Source of the DNA: an uncultured Myxococcales bacterium
GTDB taxonomy: Bacteria; Myxococcota_A; UBA9042
Reading direction: 5' to 3'
Assembly: GCA_903929795.1 (NCBI GenBank)
Contig: CAIYWC010000179.1
Location: forward strand, 539-64,538
DNA: 64,000 nt
The notes beneath the pieces are model-generated. The model searched no databases. It saw only the letters and a list, made by a program, of their open reading frames with translations, and was not told where the DNA came from. A program made the translations under genes and the position numbers. This document shows positions 57,393-64,000 of the stretch, piece after piece (the stretch's first letter is position 1; every line of letters begins with the position of its first letter).

Positions 57393-57841
57393 ACGAGGTC
57401 ATCCTCCATGCCGTCGTCCATGTCGTCGCGACGACCACGGCTGCTGCGGTATTCATCGGCGCGGCGAAGGTACTGTTCTTCTTCGTCTTCCTCGCGCTCC
57501 GGCGTCAAGCTCTCGACGCGCTTGGTCTCTTCCTCGATGTCAAACGACTCCAGCTTGGCCAGTTCGCTCAGGCGAACGGTCTGGTAGCGGATCACATCGG
57601 GGGACAGCCGCAGCTGGCGCTCCAGCTCCTTGACGAACGCAGGCGCCGCCAAGTATCCGTAATACCAGTAGTTTCCCTTCTTGTGTTTGGCGACTTCGTA
57701 GGCCAGCTTGCGCTTGCCCCAATCCACCAGCTTCAACTCAGCACCACCCACCGTTTCAAGCGATTTGGCAAGACGAACGCGGATTTTCTCCACGGTCTCT
57801 GCTTCCGCTTCCGGCTGGGTGATGAACAGTGTTTCGTACAT
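57389..57841 (-). CDS. rpsF: 30S ribosomal protein S6 with acidic C-terminal tail
   Basis: MYETLFI...GKRKLAYE core. Start chosen at MYETLF; the ORF table's MLVR start 12 nt upstream is also possible. Overlaps rpsR. Confidence 0.85.
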   Translation of the reverse strand: MYETLFITQPEAEAETVEKIRVRLAKSLETVGGAELKLVDWGKRKLAYEVAKHKKGNYWYYGYLAAPAFVKELERQLRLSPDVIRYQTVRLSELAKLESFDIEEETKRVESLTPEREEDEEEQYLRRADEYRSSRGRRDDMDDGMEDDLV

Positions 57842-57970
57842 ACGAACCAGCATGTTCTTACTCTCTCCCTATGGTTCCGCAGCGTTGCGCTGCGTTTGCG
57901 GGTTGATTCCCGCAGGGTTCGCCGCCGGGCTATCCGGCAGCGTTCTTCGGACCGCACTGCGCGGCCTCGT

Positions 57971-58585
57971 CTATTTCGGCGCCGGCGCCACGCCGTTCAC
58001 CTTGTTCATCGCCGCCCGCACGCCCACACGCAAGCACGCGTCCACCGCGTCGCGCGCGCGGGCCAGCACGTGCGGCAACTCGGCGCGCTCGATCGCCGCG
58101 AACGGCGTCAGCACCCAGTCCACCACTTCACCCTGGCCCGGCTCCGGCCGGCCAATTCCCAAGCGAATCCGCGCGTAGTCCGCACCCGCCAGCTGCGCGT
58201 GCAGCGACTTCAGGCCGTTGTGCCCACCGTGCCCGCCGCCCAGCTTGACCTGCACGCGGCCAAAGGCCAGGTCCAGATCATCGTGCAGCACCAGCACTTC
58301 CTCGGCTTTCACACCGAAGAACGCGCACATCGCCTGCGCCGGAAAACCCGACAGGTTCATGTACGTACCGGGCTTGAGCAGCAGAACTTCCTTGTCGGCG
58401 ATCCACGCTTTGGCGAATTCACCGTTGAACTTCTGCTGCCACTGCACGGGGCCTACGAGCGCATCCAGCGCCATCCACCCGACATTGTGTCGCGTTTCCG
58501 CGTACTTCTTGCCGGGATTGCCCAGCGCGACGATCGCGCGGATCGGCACATCGGGCGGCAGCGGCTTTTGCTCGGGCTTGGCCAT
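57971..58585 (-). CDS. pth: Peptidyl-tRNA hydrolase
   Basis: LGNPGKKYAETRHNVG and HDDLDL...GGHGGHNGL motifs. Start at MAKPEQ. Confidence 0.9.
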   Translation of the reverse strand: MAKPEQKPLPPDVPIRAIVALGNPGKKYAETRHNVGWMALDALVGPVQWQQKFNGEFAKAWIADKEVLLLKPGTYMNLSGFPAQAMCAFFGVKAEEVLVLHDDLDLAFGRVQVKLGGGHGGHNGLKSLHAQLAGADYARIRLGIGRPEPGQGEVVDWVLTPFAAIERAELPHVLARARDAVDACLRVGVRAAMNKVNGVAPAPK

Positions 58586-58657
58586 CGTTGGCTCACGGCT
58601 TGACGGCAATCCGACCCTTCCGCACAGGAACGGCCGTACGGATTGTCCGCCGTTCGA

Positions 58658-59257
58658 CTACTTCTTCTTGGGCGCTTCCTCGACCTTTTCTTCGACCTTA
58701 ACCGCGAAAATCTCGAGGATTTTGAAGGTCTTCTTGAAGACCGGCACGACGCCCGCGGGCAGCGGCAGGCCTTCCGCCATCATCACAAAGCCGTTCTCAA
58801 ACGGCGTGACGTCGATCTCGATGCTCTTGGGCAGCGTCGTCGGCGTGCAGGACACTTTGACGTGGCGCGTGATGAACTCCAAGCGACCGCCGGCCTTTTG
58901 GCCCGCGGAACGACCCGACAGAATCACCGGCAGCGTCACCGTCATCGCGGTATCCGGCTGAACGAGCAGCAGATCCACGTGCTCAAGCTGGCGCGTCAGC
59001 GGGTCGAGCTGCACTTCCTTGGCGATCGCGAGCAGGCTCTGGCCACCCTGAATCTCCAACTGAAACAATTGGTTGCGGCCGTACGCGCTGGTCAGGCCCT
59101 TGCGGAGCTGGCGCGGCTCAACGGCGATCGGCGTCGAAGGCGTGCCGGCGCCATACATGACGGCCGGAAGCAGGCCAGCGCGGCGGATCTTCTTGGAAAT
59201 GCCAGAGCCGGACAGGTGGCGCGGGCGAACGGACAGCGAGACGGTGGGCAGCGACAT
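58658..59257 (-). CDS. rplY: 50S ribosomal protein L25 / general stress protein Ctc
   Basis: N-terminal L25 beta-barrel (RxxxGxGxxRRLRxxG-like ...GSGISKKIRRAGLLPAVMYG) plus the Ctc C-terminal domain. Lies upstream of pth, as in many bacteria. Confidence 0.8.
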   Translation of the reverse strand: MSLPTVSLSVRPRHLSGSGISKKIRRAGLLPAVMYGAGTPSTPIAVEPRQLRKGLTSAYGRNQLFQLEIQGGQSLLAIAKEVQLDPLTRQLEHVDLLLVQPDTAMTVTLPVILSGRSAGQKAGGRLEFITRHVKVSCTPTTLPKSIEIDVTPFENGFVMMAEGLPLPAGVVPVFKKTFKILEIFAVKVEEKVEEAPKKK

Positions 59258-59492
59258 CGGGAACTCCACTGGTGTTTTCGTCCGGGCGACGCCGCGTTCG
59301 CCCCCGAATGGGAACCGAAGCGTCCGCGCGGCAGCAGGGGAGCCGCAGCCCTTTTCCTGCTGGCAAACCCAGATTTCTCTGGATTTGCGCCGAGTTAGAC
59401 CGCGAGACGGCGTGTCGCCGGGAACGCGGGGAGCGCAAGTATAGAGGATTACTGTGGCGCGTCAACCGGTGCGACGGCCCGGCGCACCGCTC

Positions 59493-59978
59493 TCAGGGCC
59501 GCAACGACCGCGACGCCAGGACAATCCCGTCCGCGTCGACGTACGCCCAGTGGCCCGGCACCCAGCGCACGTCGGCGAACTGCAGCGGAACGTCGCGATA
59601 GCCCGAGCCTTGCTTGAGTGGCTTGCGCGGATTCGCGCCCAGCGCGCGCACGCCCAAGGCCAGCGGCAGGAGGCCCACGCTGTCGCGGATGCAGCCCCAG
59701 ACGATCAAGCCCGCCCAGCCGTTCTGGACCGCGAGCGCGCCCAGTTGGTCGCCGACGAGCGCGCGGTGCAGCGAACCGCCGCCGTCGACGACCAGTATGC
59801 GGCCGCTGCCGGGCTCAGACAGCGCGTCCCGCACGAGCACGTTGTCCTCGAAGACTTTGACCGTCGCGATTGGGCCGCAAAACGCCGCCGCGCCGCCGTA
59901 GGCCTTGAATACGCCTGGCGCGACCTGCAATTCGGCGTCAAAAGCGTCGCACAAATCAGCGGTTGTCCATTCAGCCAT
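59493..59978 (-). CDS. rraA: RraA family protein (RNase E regulator / HMG-CHA aldolase fold)
   Basis: [17 protein letters not shown]...[12 protein letters not shown]...VWGCIRD match RraA/MenG family blocks. Confidence 0.8.
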   Translation of the reverse strand: MAEWTTADLCDAFDAELQVAPGVFKAYGGAAAFCGPIATVKVFEDNVLVRDALSEPGSGRILVVDGGGSLHRALVGDQLGALAVQNGWAGLIVWGCIRDSVGLLPLALGVRALGANPRKPLKQGSGYRDVPLQFADVRWVPGHWAYVDADGIVLASRSLRP

Positions 59979-60675
59979 GCTTGCGCACCACCAGGTAAAA
60001 GACCGACGCGCTGTGCAGCGATTGCGGCAGCAGCAGCAGCGGAAAATCCAGCAATTTCACGGGGAAAAACAGGAACAGGGACGCGTTGACCAGCAGCCAG
60101 AAGAGCTTGTCACTGCCCAGGCAGAAAATCGTCGCAAACGTGTAGCACAGCCAGACGTTCAGCGCGGAGAACGGCCCGGAGCGCGTGCCGATTTTGACCA
60201 GATCAAAGTCCTTGAAAAGCATCAGTAAACCCGGTGCGGTCCAGCGGTGGAAGTCGCTTGGCGAGGCGTGGAACGGGTAGAGAAACGGCGTGCTGACATA
60301 GCCGATGCCGCCGGGCTCCAGGATGCGGTGCATCTCACGCACGGCCGCTTCCACGTCCGGAACGTGCTCCAGGACGTTGTCGCAAACAAACCGCGCCACG
60401 CTGGCGTCAGCGATCGGCAAGTGCGCGATATCTGCCACGATATCGACCATTGGCGCCGGCGCGATGTCGATGTTTTCCACGCCCGGACCCAGCCGCCGCA
60501 CGCCCGCGCCGAGGTTCAGGCAGCGCCCGGGCCGCGGGAAGTTCTTCAGGAACCAGCCGGGGCCAAAAACCAGCAGCGCCGGGCCAAAAACCACGGTCAT
60601 CGTGCGGTAAAACAGCGGCAGGCTCTTGAGCCATTCGCGCAGGCCGTCCTGGCCTGGAGCGGTGGGATTGCTCAT
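59971..60675 (-). CDS. Class I SAM-dependent methyltransferase (Methyltransf_11-like)
   Basis: Motif I LNLGAG and motif post-I/II ([15 protein letters not shown]). Overlaps the rraA start by 8 nt. Confidence 0.7.
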   Translation of the reverse strand: MSNPTAPGQDGLREWLKSLPLFYRTMTVVFGPALLVFGPGWFLKNFPRPGRCLNLGAGVRRLGPGVENIDIAPAPMVDIVADIAHLPIADASVARFVCDNVLEHVPDVEAAVREMHRILEPGGIGYVSTPFLYPFHASPSDFHRWTAPGLLMLFKDFDLVKIGTRSGPFSALNVWLCYTFATIFCLGSDKLFWLLVNASLFLFFPVKLLDFPLLLLPQSLHSASVFYLVVRKHG

Positions 60676-60828
60676 GCGTCTCCAAATGTGGCGCTGTGGC
60701 CGGTGGCGAGGCTAGTGACGCTGCCGCCGCCGGTCAAGCGCGCGATCGCGGCCGTTCTTGCCGTGCCTCCCCGGCGCCAGTATCCTCCCCGCGCGCTGAT
60801 TTTGCCCCACCCGCGCCTGTGCCAAGCG

Positions 60829-62928
60829 ATGCCTGACGACGATCTGCCACCGCTGCCGCCCGCGCCCAAGCTGCTGCCGTGGCTGCTGGCCATCGGCATT
60901 TTGGCCAATCTGCTGCCGATTTGGACCGTGACGTGGCTGCCGATGGGCGACCTGTTTGGCCACGTGCAGCTCATGGACATCGTGCTGCGGTACAGCGATC
61001 CGGCGACGACCTACAAGGCCGCGTACCTGCTGCCACGCTCGCTGGACCCGAACACGCTGTCGCTCTGGTTCGCCCGCGCGGTCCCGGGCATGGGCGCGCT
61101 GACGGCCGCGCGCGCGTTGCTGAGCGCGTACGTGATTGGCCTGCCGCTGTCGCTGGCGTGGCTGGCGCGGACGTGGCGGCGCTCGCCGTTTCTGGCGCTG
61201 CTGAGCCTGCCGCTGACCTGGAATGCACTTGTCAATATCGGATTCCTGAATTATATCATCGCGCTTCCGGTGCTCTTTTGCGTTCTCGCCCTGGCCCGCC
61301 GTTACGCCGAGTCGGGCCGGTGGCAGCGCGGCGTGGGCCTCGCGCTGCTGCTGATGCTGCTGTTTTTCTGCCACGTCATCGCGTTCCTGATCGGCATGGG
61401 CATGGCGGTCTTTGTGCTGCTCTGGCACGGCGAAGGCTGGCAGCGGCTGACCCGGCTGTGGGTCGTGCTGGCGGCGGCGCCGGTCGGCGGGCAGTGGGTC
61501 TGGCGCAAGTTCGTGGCGCTGGAGGCGACCGCTGAGGGGCGAACTTTTGGCACGCATTCCGGGGACTTGGGTCTGTGGTTTCTCAAGCGCAAGGAACTGG
61601 TCGACCAGTTGTATGAGTGGTCGCTGCAGTATTTCCGCGACGGCGTCGACCGCAAGATGGCCTGGGCGGCGCTGCTGCTCTGGCTCGCGCTGCTGGCGAT
61701 CGGCCTGTTTGCGCGCTTGCGGGGGACGGTCAAGGGACAGCTGCAGTGGCGCGATCGCAGCCTGGAGCTGATGACCGTGCTATGCGCGATCGCGTATTTC
61801 CACCTGCCGTCGCACATGAACGAGATGGCGATCATCACGGAGCGCGTCGTCATGCAGGTCATCCTGATGGCGACGTTGTGGCCGCAGCTCGAATTCACGG
61901 CGTGGCGGCGCTGGCTGCTGGCGCCGATGATGGTGCTGGCGGTGGGCTACGCCTGGACGGTTCGCCAGGAATTCCGCAGGTTTGAACGCGTGGAGATTGG
62001 CGGACTGCCCGAGGCGATGCGCGATCTGCCGGCGAAGTCGCGCTTTTGCTATGTGCTGAACGAGCGCGACAACCAGACGACCTACATGGGCGCGGTCTGG
62101 CACGTGCCGCGGGCGATTTTCGCCTTGCAGCATGGGGGGTTGGTCGATGACAGCTTTGCCGTGCGGCCCTACACGCCGGTGCAATACCGGCCCGGCGCCA
62201 TGCCGACGCCGCTGATCGGCGCCTTCTGGGACAATCCGCACCTTTTTGACTACGACACGGTGCTGGTGCGGGAAGCGGCGCTGCCGGTCTACGCAGAAAT
62301 GTCCCCGTATCTCAAGCGTATTTGGCACCAGGGCCACTTCTGGCTGTACCGCGTCGTGCCGGGCGATCGCGCGCACGTCCATGTCGCGTCGGCGGGCGGC
62401 GACGGCGGGACCGGCGAGTTCAGCGACTGTGCGCGCGGGCTCGCGCTGAACGGCCTGATTGTTCAGCAAAAAGATGACATCGTCCGCAGCCTTACGCCGC
62501 TGTGTGGCGAGCTCAAAGGACGTGCCGGGCAGGCGGCCGCACCGCCCGCGCCAGACGGTCGACCGCGGCCAGCGCAAGTCGCGAAACCAGCTGCGGAGGA
62601 CGACGACGCGAAAAAAACGGGCCGCCGCCTGGGCACGCGCGCGGCGGACGCGGAGGACGTGCGGCTGCGGTGCCCCGCGGACACTTTTGTCGTCGGCATC
62701 ACCGGCCGCGCCGGATTGTTCGTCGATGCGCTGGGCATCCTGTGCGCGCCCATCCCGTGGATCGGCGACGAGCGGCGGTTGGCCTCCTCGCGCGTGGTCG
62801 GCGGACCCGGAGGCACGCCTTTTACGGAGACCTGCAAGCTCGGCGAAGTCGCGGTCGGCGCCCAAGGCGCGTTCGGCGAAGTCGCGGATCAGGCCGGCAT
62901 CGCGTGCGTGGAATGGTCCAAGTGGTGA
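60829..62928 (+). CDS. Polytopic integral membrane protein (~10 TM) with C-terminal soluble domain; possible glycosyl/arabinosyl-transferase-like
   Basis: Start at MPDDDLPPLPP; the upstream part of the ORF-table ORF is Arg-rich. Many hydrophobic helices. No confident family assignment. Confidence 0.55.
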   Translation: MPDDDLPPLPPAPKLLPWLLAIGILANLLPIWTVTWLPMGDLFGHVQLMDIVLRYSDPATTYKAAYLLPRSLDPNTLSLWFARAVPGMGALTAARALLSAYVIGLPLSLAWLARTWRRSPFLALLSLPLTWNALVNIGFLNYIIALPVLFCVLALARRYAESGRWQRGVGLALLLMLLFFCHVIAFLIGMGMAVFVLLWHGEGWQRLTRLWVVLAAAPVGGQWVWRKFVALEATAEGRTFGTHSGDLGLWFLKRKELVDQLYEWSLQYFRDGVDRKMAWAALLLWLALLAIGLFARLRGTVKGQLQWRDRSLELMTVLCAIAYFHLPSHMNEMAIITERVVMQVILMATLWPQLEFTAWRRWLLAPMMVLAVGYAWTVRQEFRRFERVEIGGLPEAMRDLPAKSRFCYVLNERDNQTTYMGAVWHVPRAIFALQHGGLVDDSFAVRPYTPVQYRPGAMPTPLIGAFWDNPHLFDYDTVLVREAALPVYAEMSPYLKRIWHQGHFWLYRVVPGDRAHVHVASAGGDGGTGEFSDCARGLALNGLIVQQKDDIVRSLTPLCGELKGRAGQAAAPPAPDGRPRPAQVAKPAAEDDDAKKTGRRLGTRAADAEDVRLRCPADTFVVGITGRAGLFVDALGILCAPIPWIGDERRLASSRVVGGPGGTPFTETCKLGEVAVGAQGAFGEVADQAGIACVEWSKW

Positions 62929-63144
62929 TGGCGCAGCTGAATCCACCACCGATTTCCGCCGAGGCCGCCGATTCCGGATACGCAGTGCCGGCTTGCGTGC
63001 CTTTGGCGCGACAGAGGAGCTGGACGAGACTGGCCCGAAGCGGCGGATCCGGGCGCTGCGGTCGCCTTGACACCGCGGATGCACCCTCCTAGCCTTTTGC
63101 CCCTGCTGCCGCACTCCGTGGCACTTCTTGCGAGGCACGCATTC

Positions 63145-64000
63145 ATGAAGAAAGAAACTGGCATTCTCGTCGTTCTTTTCGCCACGCTCTTGGCGTTTGG
63201 CGCTGGTCGTATGTCGGCCAAAGTCTCTCCGGGTGCGCAAGGCGCGCCGGTTGCTGTCGCGGAAAGCGGTGCAGCGGTCGGCGGCGATGGCATCCTGCCC
63301 GCGACCCTGCCTGTTCACGGCAGCAAGGACGCGCTGGTCACGATTTTCGAAGTCTCGGACTTCCAGTGCCCGTTCTGCGGTCGCGTGGGCCCGACGCTCA
63401 AGAAGCTCCAGGAAGACTATCCCAACGACGTGCGCGTGGTCTGGGCCAACCAGCCGCTGCCGTTTCACGATCGCGCCAAGCCCGCCGCAACGGCCGCCGC
63501 AGCTGCGCACCGTCAGGGCAAGTTCTGGGAAATGCATGACAAGTTGTTCGCCAACCAGCGCGACTTGACCGACGACAACTTCCAGAAGTGGGCCAAAGAA
63601 ATCGGCCTGGACATGGCGAAATTCAACGCGGACCTGAAAGACGAGGTGATCGCCAAGCAGATCGACCGCGACATCGCGATCGCCAACGCGCTGGGCGCGC
63701 GCGGGACGCCGGCGTTTTTCATCAACGGCAAGCTGCTTTCGGGCGCGCAGCCGTATGAGAATTTCAAGAAGGAAGTGGACGACGCGATCGCGGCTGCCAA
63801 GCCGATCGCGGCGCAGAAGAAGGGCGTGGACTTCCTGCTGGCGGCGTTCACGGCGCGCGACGCGGCCGTGGGCCCGAACGTTTTGAAATACTACATCAAA
63901 GGCGAGTCGCCGGCCGCTGAAGCCGCCGCCGCGCCGCATGAAGCCGAGGCCAAGGACGACGGGCCGGCCAAGGCGCCGGCGGACAGCTACGACATCTGGA
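63145..64000 (+). CDS. DsbA-family thiol:disulfide oxidoreductase (thioredoxin fold, CPFC), 3'-truncated by the window end
   Basis: Hand-translated: MKKETGILVVLFATLLAFGA signal, then ...IFEVSDFQCPFCGRVGP...FFINGK. Not in the ORF table because there is no stop before nt 64000. Confidence 0.7.
   Translation, partial: MKKETGILVVLFATLLAFGAGRMSAKVSPGAQGAPVAVAESGAAVGGDGILPATLPVHGSKDALVTIFEVSDFQCPFCGRVGPTLKKLQEDYPNDVRVVWANQPLPFHDRAKPAATAAAAAHRQGKFWEMHDKLFANQRDLTDDNFQKWAKEIGLDMAKFNADLKDEVIAKQIDRDIAIANALGARGTPAFFINGKLLSGAQPYENFKKEVDDAIAAAKPIAAQKKGVDFLLAAFTARDAAVGPNVLKYYIKGESPAAEAAAAPHEAEAKDDGPAKAPADSYDIW

Noticed and set aside
61780-63939. 719-aa - strand ORF overlapping the membrane protein and dsbA-like genes
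   Set aside because: Arg-rich with no motifs. The + strand genes have clear TM helices and a CPFC thioredoxin motif.

Overview
This 64-kb window has very high GC (roughly 68–70% by eye) and is gene-dense, with about 55 protein-coding genes on both strands. It carries no rRNA, tRNA, CRISPR array or mobile element. It almost certainly comes from a member of the Myxococcota. The GH25 lysozyme ends in a MYXO-CTERM-type sorting tail, and three lipoproteins carry arrays of the Myxococcus cysteine-rich repeat (C-x-x-DGNPCT-x-D-x-C). Lipobox signal peptides are abundant. The housekeeping content is clear and mostly conserved: cysS, korAB (2-oxoacid:ferredoxin oxidoreductase), hpf, bolA-grxD, maf/yceF, hutH-type ammonia-lyase, secA, a Uup-like ABC-F protein, exbB-exbD, nrnA, pth, and the rplY / rpsF-rpsR-rplI ribosomal cluster. 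There is a complete lower mevalonate pathway operon (fni-mvk-mvaD-pmk-polyprenyl synthase) whose genes overlap by ATGA/GTGA stop-start overlaps. The accessory, cell-envelope content is rich: a 1,704-aa lipoprotein with Asp-rich linker, about 2.3 kb of Cys-rich repeats and three lamin-tail domains, a GH25 lysozyme, an M23 peptidase, a NamZ/DUF1343 protein, an FHA protein and several Cys-rich lipoproteins. The most interesting signals are as follows. (i) An AroQ chorismate mutase is translationally coupled to a fused double-U32 (prephenate-dependent hydroxylase family) protein. (ii) An ethanolamine ammonia-lyase large subunit (eutB) has no eutC anywhere in the window. (iii) nrnA, a Bfd-like [2Fe-2S] mini-protein and a SWIM zinc-finger protein form an overlapping operon. 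(iv) An orphan beta-class DNA methyltransferase is stop-start coupled to an upstream beta-rich exported-looking protein. (v) Conspicuous AT-rich intergenic islands around 42.3–43.7 kb share identical low-GC motifs (CAACTTATTG, GTCAACTT). All coordinates were refined by hand from the ORF table. Starts are inferred from homology, signal peptides and RBS spacing and may be off by a few codons.
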